Positions 13,401 through 25,263 of a stretch of 64,000 nt of DNA are shown here, in pieces (position 1 is the first letter of the stretch; each line of letters begins with the position of its first letter). The notes below the pieces were generated by a model, which saw only the letters and a program-made list of their open reading frames with translations, searched no databases and was not told the origin of the DNA. Made by a program: the position numbers and the translations under genes. This DNA comes from Azolla caroliniana (Eukaryota > Plantae > Polypodiophyta). The stretch covers positions 23,374,001-23,438,000 of the forward strand of contig JBHGNT010000004.1 in the NCBI GenBank assembly GCA_043228905.1, given 5' to 3'.

Positions 13401-16400
13401 CTCAAGTAGGACATCATTATCACTTAATTGACATTTGAATTACTGTTCTGAGCTGTCAAATATAACACTTCATATGACATATAGAGAAGCACATAATCTT
13501 GAACTTGACAATATGGAAACATAGGAATATGTCTAAAACTTCTTTCAAATAAATTTATTTTCATGGCCAATTCATCCACTTCATATTTTTTTAGAAGATC
13601 ACTTGATGGGTTTTCTTTACAGATTTGGTATCAGCTGCATTGATCGTGACCTCGATTGCATCTTTCATTCAAGTGTATCAAATCAAAATACCTTTCACTA
13701 ATTATGTTATAGGTGAGTGAGGTGGTGGTCTATTACTGAATCTCATATACTACAGCAAACCAAATTTCCCAATGTAACAAGGTTCTTTCCACTTTTGCAG
13801 GTTCAGGACTTTTATCTGTGATGGGCATCTCATTTGCATACATACCTGTTGGTAAAATTTCTTTACGAATGATTCAGATTTTTTGCTCAAATGCAACATA
13901 GATTCCATAGCATAACACTTCACTCAAAATTGGGCAATTTGTTTATTGAAAAATTCACAGCGCAGCATGTGCTTACAAGCTTACAGACTTGCTCATGTGG
14001 AGGTACCTCTTGTCAAGTAAATGGATCCTGTAAGCAATGCACTCAACCCCTTGAAGGACAATGTTATACGGGTGAAGAGGCATATGGTGCTATACTTGGA
14101 ACCGTGAGTAAATATACATATTCGGCATTGCACTTTACATAGATAAATACCATATATACCCATGTACTAAAACAAGTTCAATGTGAATGATGTGTTAGAT
14201 ACTTGTGGTATGCTGGTTTCAAACAGCGCTTTCATTCGCTTCCCCAAAGGTCCTACGTCGAATTTTCCCACCAGTTGTGACAGGAACTTGCTTGATTCTG
14301 GTCGGAGTATCTTTAGTGGCTACGGGATTTGAGCTTTGGGGTGGAGGACAATATTGCGCAAGCCAAGTAAGATTTTCTCCTTAAGAATGTGTATTGACAA
14401 AGATAGGTGGATTTCATTGTTTGTAGAGGTCAGATATGAACTATGGGACTTAAATGAACCATTTTTTCATGTAGCACATGTGGAGTTGGTAAGTGATTGT
14501 TGCAATTTGAGATTGCACATTGTGACTGATAGAAATGTGTATACAGGATAGGTCAGGATTGAAAATGTGAGGAAAGAAAATTTGAATGTGATTGAAGGTG
14601 AAAAGCATTGTAGAGAGATAGATGTAAATAAAATTTTGTATATTTATGTGTGCAGGTGTTAACTACAAAAGTACCTTGCTCTGGAAATGGGACAGTGGTG
14701 CTACCATTTGGACATCCGAATTATTTGGGGCTAGGACTTGTAGTCTTTGTGTCATTCATAGTGATTGAGCTCTTTGGATCACCGTTCATTAAGAATGCCC
14801 AGGTAAAAAATGGAAAAGAAAAAGTCGTTACTCATCCCAATGTTAATTGGGAATCAATCAGGCATAAAGTTAAGGTTCTGTTATGTCTCCTGTGATTGGT
14901 GACAGGTTATCGTTGCCTTGCTGATCTCTATGATTGTTGTGGCAATCACACACGTTACTGATTGCAACCAGAATTGTGCGGAACCAGTGTGTAATGCACC
15001 AGTTTGCTATGATGTTCTCCCTTTGGTAATGCATTCTAATGAGAGCTGTATTCTTCATACACATACACATACAGCTGTTGTAATACACATTCTAATGAGA
15101 GCTGCTGATATAAAGTCTTCTAAATGCAAAAAAATGTATTTTGCAGGGTGTGTATTACAACAGCTCATTGAATCAAATAAGTGGTACTCCATTATCTCAA
15201 TACCCGAACAGCACAGTTTGTGCTCCGCCAACATGTGCTCCAGCAGTGTGCTCATGCAAATCACTGCGGTAAACGATGATTTTCCTATGAGGTTATACAT
15301 ATTACAATATATATGTGTACAGAGAGAGAGAGAGAGAACCAATAAAACAGATCTCTCTAACATTTATGCTATAGGTGTGATTTTAATATTTAGATATGCT
15401 ATAGCAACCGGATGCTCACACATTGAAGGCGGTGATGTTTTCTGAATTCGCAGTTATATAACAGGGGACCAAATTGCTTCAGCAGACTGGGTGACTTTCA
15501 TCTGGACTCATAGGTTTCCTCTAACATTCTATGCGCCGGCTGTGTTGCCATTGCTTGTTGCTTCCATTGTAGCTGCTACAGAGTGCATTGGGGATGTGAC
15601 AGCGACAACAGAAGCCAGCGGACTTCCTCCTTATGGTATATGAATTTAGGGCTTAGGGTTTATAGTTCATACTCTTTGTGGATATTTTTATGTTATTATT
15701 TTGTTCTAGATTTTATAAATCATGCACTTGTTGATCTGCCATGTAATTGTTTTGTTCTTGTGTTTACAACAAATTGGGAATGTATCCACTATCGTGTTAT
15801 TCTTTAGGTCTAGGGTTATCACACACTTTTTGATGGGTTATTTTATGCTTTCATGGTTTAAACTTCTATAGGGTAGAAGGTTATCATTGGATGTGTTGCA
15901 TGGTTTTAGTCTAGGGGATTATGGTTAACAAAAACTTTTAGATATGCTATCTCTTTATGTGCTTGTACAATATCAATTTTGAGCTTGGCTATTTATTCAG
16001 AGATGAAGGAACCTAAAGCATGGGTTGTTTATGGCAGGACCTGACTATGAGAGATCGATACAGGGAGCTTTGTTAGCAGATGGGGTCAACACATTTTGGG
16101 CTGCCCTTGGAACATGCATCCCTTTGACAACATATTCTCAAAACAATGGGGTGATCTTGTTATCACGATGTGCATCACGTCGGGCAGGATATGCATGTTG
16201 CCTTTGGCTCTTTCTTTTGGGCGTCTTCGCAAAATTTGCGGCTATTTTTATTTCTATCCCCAACTGTGTTCTTGGGGCTCTGACAGCTTGCCTTGTTGCC
16301 AGTGTCGTGGTATCTGGCATCCACGTGTTGAATTCAAGAGAAGGTTTGACGCGGCGGAATCGTTTCATTGCGACTCTAGCTCTTGGGATGGGGCTTGGTG

Positions 16401-16937
16401 TTAACCTTGTCCCGACTTGGGTGAATATTGTAGGGCAACAAAGCTACCCAAATGAAGGGAATTTTTGGCCAGTGAATCCTGATTGGAGTCCGGGATACCG
16501 AGGTTCTCTTTCCCCCCTATCTTTCGTTTTCTATTTGTTATTGTACAAAGCTGTATTATATTATATATGAACAGAATTATTTTCTAGGTGCAAAACAACC
16601 AAACCACATTGATCCTGACCAAACAAAAAATGAAAACCGCTAATCGTCATGTGATTTTGTTAACAATCCCTTGATGATTATGTGCCTAAATGATGTCATT
16701 TACTTCTGTTTTCTTGCATAGAAAAATGATGGGCATGGCTCTAACTAGGCCCTCATTTCTTGTGCAGGATTTAGAGATGCAGTTGTCTTGTTCATATCCA
16801 ATGGTTTCTCGCTGGGAGGCTTTATTGCATTTCTTCTCAACCTCATCTTGCCATTCGAAACAGAAGGCAGTGATTCAAGTCATGGTCGTGATAATGATGA
16901 TATACAGTCGCTCAAGCAAAATCAATGCGCGATCTAA
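12743..16937 (+). CDS. NCS2/NAT-family xanthine/uric-acid permease, fungal/algal UapA-type, with Cys-rich loop insertions
   Basis: Twelve exons splice in frame: 12743-13027, 13153-13225, 13623-13712, 13801-13851, 13961-14103, 14199-14366, 14656-14802, 14906-15025, 15147-15268, 15454-15635, 16038-16502, 16768-16937. Motifs GDYDWGFL, GLQHCLAM (TM1 QH), GSGLLSVMGISF, IFPPVVTG, ECIGDVTAT (TM8), IQGALLADG, NAT signature QNNGVILLSRCASRRAG, TRRNRFI and LNLILP. Confidence 0.93.
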
Positions 16938-18256
16938 ATTTTATTCAAAAATTGATTTTGCCGTGCATTGCAACCTCATTTTGAAAGTATCCAAGCAATT
17001 GTTGTGACCACATGGCCCTAAAAAATACTCAATGAAGAAATAGTAAAAGTAAAAACAGAAGTGGAATAAAAAAAGACAAGAAAACATGGAAAAATGAAAA
17101 GATCTTGACCTAAAGAATCATGGGGTAGTGCGCATTAAAAACTCTCATCCCCCACTTGTTAGATATAAACTAGCGTCCATAAAAAAAAGTAATGCCACTT
17201 GATGTTTTTTTAGATCAAACAATTGGAATTCTGCATAAAATTGTAGTTGGGTTGAAATGAATGAAGTCTGTAGATGTCACTTCTATGTATGCAAATGGAT
17301 TGGAGTTCTGTATTTTTCAACCTCTAATAATGATATGGTGCAACTAGTGTCCCAATTGAAAGCAAATTGGGTTTGTTTCATGTAATGTTATGGTCTTATT
17401 CAAATAAATGTCATTGAAAACGAAGTCTAAACAAACTTGGGAAGGTGTGCATCTCTACAAGCCAAAGTATAAGGAGAAGTAGATACTTTCAATTTACATC
17501 TTTTGATCTAGTCTCTAATAAGAGAACATTATCCATGCTATGGAGCTAAGGTAGTTGTAGGTGCACTGTCGATGTTTTTAAATGAAATTTCAATTGTGTA
17601 CACTCACTTGACCATGTAATCTAATGTAATGTAACCAACAAAATGGTAGAATTTTTTTTGTGATACAAACACTCGATTGCTTTCAGTCACGTCATATGAT
17701 AGACTCTTTGGATTATTATTGTATTAGCACTTCAAATCTTAAACTTTGATAGGAGACGGCCCACGTAAGTGTTAAGCCAATATGCTTTTTGGGAAAAAAT
17801 ATTTTAATTGCCATATGTTAAAAACAACAAAACAGTTTCAAGCAACTACTTTTAGTTGTCACATTAACTCTACACCACATCTAGATTAGTTACTATTATT
17901 AACTATTATTGTTTTCCTTTTATTAGTAACTGTATTTTTAAACACACCCAACGTTCCCTCCACTTTCTCTATTATATAAAGAGGAAACCAGGAATGTTAG
18001 AGTGTGGTATTTTTATGCTCTAGCTGCTGTAGCAATTAACTCTTGTAGTTGTATTCCAGCTTGTTATCCCACCTTATTATCTATTACATAGCAGTTTCAA
18101 TTCTCCTCATTTCTGTTCATGTATCTCTCATTTCCTTACATGGTATCAGAGCGTGAGTAGTACGAAGCTTGAAAATATACCTCCCGCTCCATACTCTACT
18201 TCTTAAAAAAAAAGAAAACAGAAAGAAAGAGAAAACGAGACAACAACCTTACCATT

Positions 18257-19216
18257 ATGGCAAGCTCCACTCAAGCAAGAAAATACTTGGTAGATAAACT
18301 TAACGCAAAGAACTATAGAATTTGGAAACCAAGGATGGAGCTACTACTTGACTTGGAGGAGCTACTTGAAGTCACCACAGGAACCTGTCAAGCACCAAAA
18401 GGCACACAATCAGAAGCATGGAAAGAATGGAAAAACAAATATAAACGGGCAAAACTTGAAATACTGCTACATGTAGAAGATAGGCAGGTTGATGCCATTC
18501 GAAAACTCACAACTGCGGCAGAAATGTGGTCCAAACTAAAACATATGTTTGAACCACAAGATGGTACAACTAGAATCCATAGTCTTGCTACCTTGTTTCA
18601 CATGTGTGTTTTGCAGGAAGAAGAAGATGTTCTTACCTTCTTGGATACTTGAGAGACATATCTCGAAGAAGCCACCATTGCCGGAAATGAAATCTCAGAA
18701 GAAATGAAGATTGGGCTCTTATTGAGTAAACTTCTAGAATCTTGGAATACTTTTATCACTATGAATAGCCAGGGTAACTCCTTATCTGATCTGATTACAA
18801 AAGTTTGTCATGAAAATCTACGACGACAACTTAAAAATTCTACTCCATCAATGGCAATGACTGTTGCAATCAACAAACCACAAAAATTGTCATATAACAA
18901 TCGCTACAAGTCTAGATTTGACAATTACAAATACAATGAAGTCTCTAATTCGAGAAAGGGAAATGAATCACAAAGAACTTCATCAAAACAGCTTGGTGGA
19001 GGCTTCAAACTAGTCTGCAAATATTGCAAAAGAGAAAGGCACATTGAGAGGGTATGTCGATTCAAGCAATTTGCGGAAAATAAGAAACAACCACAAGCCA
19101 ACAATGACATTTCAGAGGATAAATCTGATGATAAATCAGAATGCTATTTAGAATCAAGAGGTGATTACGATAACATGCCAGAAGAAGGAAACCTTATTCA
19201 AGCATACCACGTCACT
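18257..19216 (+). pseudogene. Copia gag (in-frame stop at 18650-18652) with CCHC zinc knuckle
   Basis: Copia gag-like KLNAKNYRIWK...TAAEMWSKLK. ORFs 18257-18652 and 18704-19282 share a frame across one TGA. Zinc knuckle CKYCKRERHIERVC. Confidence 0.88.
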
Positions 19217-19434
19217 TGTAGTCACCCTCTCTCTTCATTAACTACAAGGCTCATGGAGCATGGGGAATGTGGAAGCTCATAAGTTATGTGTCATAGAATA
19301 TGATTCTATGACTCATACTAAATGCTAGAATACAAAGAGGTGACATAATGGTGACTCTTGACTGTTGGAGTGTCTATTCACTCTCAAGGTGAGTTCACAC
19401 ACTAGACCAAGTTGAGCTTGATTCTCAACAAGGA

Positions 19435-20451
19435 GTTTATGTGGATGACTTACCAATTGTTGGTACCTCCCGACATGACATTCTTCAATTTGTCAAGGAG
19501 TTACAAACTTCCTTTCCCACCAAGCACCTTGGAGAACTTGAATACTTTCTTGGTCTAGAAGTCAACCACAATCGCAGTACGTGAATCCTCTCCATCTCCC
19601 AAAATAAATTAGTTGATGGTATTCTTCAAAAGTTTGATATGATGGATTGCTCCTCCGTTGCTACTCCACTCACTATTCCTTGCCATCTATCTAGCTCTGA
19701 CTCCCCCTCTACTCCTGAAGAAGTTGCTTTTATGAAAAATATACCATATCGCCAAATTCTCGGTAGTTTGCGGTACTTAGTGAGTTGCACCCGCCTTGAT
19801 CTATCATTCTCCACGGGTTTTCTATCACGTTTTATGGAGCATCCAGACCCCCGTCATTGGGAAGCCTTGAAACGTGTCCTCTTATACTTAAAATACACAC
19901 GTGATATGACCCTCTCTTACAAAGCCTTGCCCGCATTCTCTAAAGGTGGATTGGTGGCTCCACTACATGGCTGGACAAATGCAGACTGGGGTGGTGACAA
20001 AGATACCTCACAATCTACAACCGGATATCTTTTCACATTCAATGGTGGTGCCATCACTTGGAAGACAAAGAAACAATCTACGGTGGCATTGTCCTCCACA
20101 GAGGCTGAGTATATTGCTGCCACCTTGGTCGCTAAAGAGGGGCTTTGGCTAAAATCCATTTTTGATGAACTCAACATTATCCACATTATTGAGTTACAGC
20201 TTTGGTGTGATAATAAGTCATGTATTACGATAGCACGGAATCCAAAGATCACTGAACAGAACAAGCACATTCGGGCCTGCTATCATTTTTTGTGTGAATT
20301 ATTTGAGGATGGTACCATTCGCCTTGACTATACTCCTACCCTCCACATGTGGGCGGATTTCTTGACCAAACCAATGCCTGCTGTCAAACATTGGTCTTGT
20401 TGCCAACATGTTGGCCTCAAATGCGGAGCTAGAGTCACGGGAGGGTGTTAG
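19435..20451 (+). pseudogene. Copia pol remnant: C-terminal reverse transcriptase and RNase H
   Basis: VYVDDL at 19435, HLGELEYFLGLEV, in-frame TGA at ~19582, then PYRQILGSLRYL, ADWGGD, KKQSTVALSSTEAEY, CDNKS, KHI and ADFLTK. Protease, integrase and N-terminal RT are absent. Confidence 0.92.
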
Positions 20452-22138
20452 AAACAACAAAACAGTTTCAGAGCAACTACTTTTAGTTGTCACATTAACT
20501 CTACACCACATCTAGATTAGTTACTATTATTAACTATTATTGTTTTCCTTTTATTAGTAACTGTATTTTTAAACACATCCAACGTTCCCTCCACTTTCTC
20601 TATTATATAAAGAGGAAACCAGGAATGTTAGAGTGTGGTATTTTTATGCTCTAGCTGCTGTAGCAATTAACTCTTGTAGTTGTATTCCAGCTTGTTATCC
20701 CACCTTATTATCTATTACATAGCAGTTTCAATTCTCCTCATTTCTGTTCATGTACCTCTCATTTCCTTACACCATACTCTCACACTATCTCTTAAAAGGC
20801 TAAACCAATTCTCCTAGAAACAAAAAATTCTAAAATCACTCCTAAAATTAAATTTGGTTTAAACTCAAAATTATATTAATCAAATTTCTTCTAGATATTA
20901 ATGATCTAGTTAATGATAAACTTAGAAGTCAATGAAATGTTATTTGAGATATCTACCATCATTACACAAATTTGTCTTCCAATTGTGAGTAAAATATGAA
21001 TGCCAAATTCTTGTTCTTTGGATGATAATGCATGTTATGACCATATGAACAACTACTTTTACATCATTTTGACAATTTAAAATATGATAAACATCTTATA
21101 TACGTTTACATTTGAAAAAACTCACTCTTGTGTGTCAATCCATATGTTTTCAACATCTTAGATTACACTCTTATGTATTAAAAGCCTAGCTCAAACATTA
21201 TTCCAATCTTCTAAGTGAAAGCTTTAGGACTTCGTAAAGCTGTGGAAGTTGCAATCACCTTCAAAAGAAAATATCATTGCAGTTTGAGTAGGAATGTTGC
21301 AATAAATGATAAGTATTGTACTAAAGAGAGGCAGGTCCACATGCCACTTGTGATTGACTTAGCTTTGTATATTGTTCACCCTAACTTCCATAGACCCATA
21401 AAACAATTATTAATAAACTTGATATGAGTTTCCCTTGACTATATGCATGAGCCAATAAGAAAAGTTGGAAGCATTGTCTTTACAAACATAATAGATTGAA
21501 ACTCTAAAATTCAAAAATCAAACTCATAAATTGTGTTTTGCAATACTTACGCGACCAAATAAGACAATGAGTTGGAGATATAAAAGTGAAGCATGTGATT
21601 CCTTACAGCAGCCAACAATGTGTATTTCATAATATACTTTCCTATCTTTCAGTAAGGGAAAAAAATCTGTGTATTTCATATATTTTCTAGCATGTGGGAT
21701 CCTTTTCGAAATTAGGGACAATTAGATTATAAGTATAAAGCAAGCCAAACTACGAGTATTCATATAATTCAGCTGGTAAGGTTGTCCAAAGAAGATTAGG
21801 TCATACATTTAAAGGTGGCATCTAGTGAAGTACCGCTCGTGGTGAGATTTGAACCTAGATGCATACCATTAGATAAGCATAGGAGCTAGTCCCTAAGGTA
21901 ATCGGATTAAGAACTGTATCATGCATGCAACCAAGCCAATCATGGCGTGAAAATTATTTTATATCGAGACAATGATATATTTCAAAGCCTAAATGTTGAT
22001 GAATTCATCGAAGCTCACACTCTTGGGGAGATGTAAAATAGTCTTCATTAAATTAACATTACAAATAGAAGTTCATTGAAATTTCTGGCCCATGAGCTCC
22101 AAAATTAACAATCTTGAACCAAAATATCTACAAATGTG

Positions 22139-25100
22139 TCAGAAATCTTCATCGGCTAGGGCAGGTTTAGTGATGGGCACGGCCCATCGTCCCAAGTGTG
22201 CAGTGTAGTTAACACATCGCACTACACCCTCTCCCTCTGGACCATCTGGCAAGTCAATCACGCTCACACTGCCGGAGTCGAGCCGAAAAGACGCAATCGA
22301 TGACGCTGAAAGGCCTAGACAATGGCTGATCATTGCACATTGTGTTAACTCATGTGTGACGATGACTACACTCGATTGTTGGCTTGAACTTCCATCCAAG
22401 TTTTTCAAATGTTCTAATACACTCTGCCAAGCACGTCCTGCTCGTTCCCAAAATTCCCTAAAACTCTCTTCTCCACCAATATCATCGTTCCATAGAACAT
22501 CTTGCCACCGCTCCACTGATGCTACTTGTGCAGGGTTTTTACCCTGCCATAAGAATAAATAAGGTAATTAGGGCTAGTTTCCCTTCTAGATTCTTACCGC
22601 ATTGTGTTAAAAATTGTAATTTTACTACCAAACTCCCGCATTGGTTTTTCATGTTTGAATTGATTTGATGGGTTTATTCTCTCTAAAGCTAACAATTTTT
22701 TTTAGGGTGTTCAAAGAAATTGACGAACAAAAGACTTGAAAGCTCTTATGCTGTCTACCCAGCCAAGATTATGCATAACTTTTATAAACTAAGCATGATT
22801 TAGGAGCATTAACTGGAAAATTTTCTTTCTTAATGCATTCTTTGATTTTCTATATCCTAGCTTATGAAGTATATGCAACTAGAACTTTAACATTTAGTAT
22901 TTTTTGTTTCTATCATCTTATTGAAATTGTAGTGGGACAACAATTCTCTTTGAGAAGATGTCCTGTTTAGATGTTGGCATGCGAAATCTTTTATTCCTAT
23001 AGTTCTTATAATTTAAGAATTCGGAAAATCTCACCCTCCAATGTCCCCAATCTAAATCACCCAACTCAGGCAGAAGTTTTAACTCCACATAGCGCGGGAC
23101 ACAATCTGCACCTAAGCAATCTGCCGCTTCTTGTACCTATATATTATTTTCTCGGTCAACGAGGACGTAAGCATGACCATGGGTCAAAATTGAAGGTAAA
23201 AAACAAAAATTCATTCATATTGACTAATTTTTTACACCAATTCCTTAACATACTTCCACTATGGCCTCAGCTGTCTTCCTTGCATTTGGCTGGGGGCTGC
23301 TCAATACAAAGTTAACTCTCATATCCAGCAAAAGCTCTGCCGTCTTGCGAGACTGTCCAATATATATCAGCATACCAACATTAAAATGAGGTTATATATA
23401 CATCTTGAGGTATTTTACACAAAATACCAAGAGGGACATAATTCTTCGAACCTGAATGATACCCAACATGTTTAAGGGCTCATCTTTTGACACTGCACAT
23501 TGTTTCTGCAAAAACACAACTTTCCATGTATTAACTTCTTTGTTTCAAAAAAATGAGAAAGAATTAATGCTGAAATGTGAATTCAACTTGTGCATGCCCT
23601 GTCTCTCTAAATGTGCACATCTGCCATTGCATCATGTGCACTCCGACAGTTATAACATGTATATTCCTGAGGTTTTGTTGGTTCTTCTCGAGCATATCCA
23701 ATGTTCCTTCATCATATGCTTATGGTGTTATAGTAAGATCTTGATCAACATGTAACCAGTTTAAATGCTGAAAATAAAACCTGCCAAAGTTTTGGACTCA
23801 AATAATGGTAACAAAAGGGATTCCAAGATTATGTAACCCAAAAAGGGAGAAATTTCAACATGTCTAAAACAGCACTAAGGGAATGTGTGTGATCCAAACT
23901 AAAAAATTATACTGTTGGCCAGTGAGTGATAATTATAACTATAGTGATACTAAATTAGCATAACACCTTATCAGGTAGGGTTCGAACCCCAGGGAAGCCT
24001 TAGAAAAAAGACTTGGAGAAATAGACATGTATGTAAGAATGTAGACTACTCATACTTGGACAAAAGTAGATGTCATCTTCTCTAGAGACCTACTTCAAAT
24101 ACTCATCTAGTATGAGCGATTGGGATCTTGATGCTCTCTTCTCTAGAAATTGTTTTCCTCTCTTTCAGCTCAGTAATCATCACCTTTACATAATGAATTA
24201 TGATAAAAGTTGCACTGCATATTTTCTTGAGCTTTTAAAAGCATGCCACATTTGGTATTACATGTCTAGCTAGTGGCCACGTTATGCCAAGGATTAGATA
24301 AACTTCTGGATACCTTTGTTTGGGATCTTCCCAATATATGTCGCCTCCAATATTATATATGTTTCCACAAGCTTTCAAGGTGGAAACAAAGGTGATTACA
24401 CTAGGTGAAACACTGTCAGATTGCATTCTACGAAAGTATCTAATTGCTTTTTCACTGAAACCATGTTGGACGTTACCAGACACCAATGCACTCCACGATA
24501 CATGATCCACAAACTCATCAAATATTTAGTCCATCTTAACACAAACCCTATATTTCACATACATATCCACCACCAACACAGTGGCAAGCACCATATCTCC
24601 TAATAAGCCCTTCCTCTTCACGGCCATGTGGATCACTTCCTCCAACTTCAAAGATGCTATGCTGCTGCAAGCCATCAAAATGCTTATAAACGAGACCCTG
24701 CTGGGTGGGACACCCTCATCTTGCATTTTCTTAAGAGCTCCATCACCCAAACCATGTTGGATGTACATGGCAATATATGCAGTCCACATTATTACATTCC
24801 TTCAGGGAAGCATTTCAAATGTTTCTCGTGTTTTCATGAGCAGACTGCATTTGTCATACTTGTCAATCAAAGCCATGTCATTGAGAACCACATTTTTTCT
24901 AATAGCCCTTGCTTGCTAGATTTTTTCTGCACTTTCTCTCCCACTGTAATGGACCCTATGCTTCAGCAAGCTTTCAAAATGCTACAAAACTTATGGCATT
25001 GGCGGTGAACCCTTAATCTTGCATAAATTTGAAGTAGTTTAGTGTTTCATGGCTATCTTCATCCAGGAATCAATAATTCTATGGTAAAATGTTCCGCTTC

Positions 25101-25212
25101 ATGACCTTGTTGAATACTTCACGTGCTTTCTTAAGAATCCCACATTTAGCATACATAGGCACTATAGCCATGTCAATAATGATATTCTTGTCTCTTAACA
25201 TCCCTCACCTCA

Positions 25213-25263
<51 letters not shown>

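Larger units (their letters stand above)
17816..20771 (+). mobile_element. Ty1/copia LTR retrotransposon, internally deleted (non-autonomous), recent
   Basis: 5' LTR 17816-18140 and 3' LTR 20446-20771 (TG...CA); by eye they differ by ~3 substitutions and 1 indel. TSD CCATA at 17811-17815 and 20772-20776, PBS TGGTATCAGAGC (tRNA-iMet) at 18141-18152, purine tract GGGAGGG before the 3' LTR. Confidence 0.96.

Noticed and set aside
13323-13420. Small hairpin ATGTCCTA-N6-TAGGACAT and a repeat flanking a CT/CA tract in permease intron 2
   Set aside because: Too short for a miRNA precursor or MITE call; no TSD is evident.
14918-15445. 175-aa ORF in the supplied track
   Set aside because: It is a read-through of permease exon 8 into introns; the true exon 9 uses a different frame.
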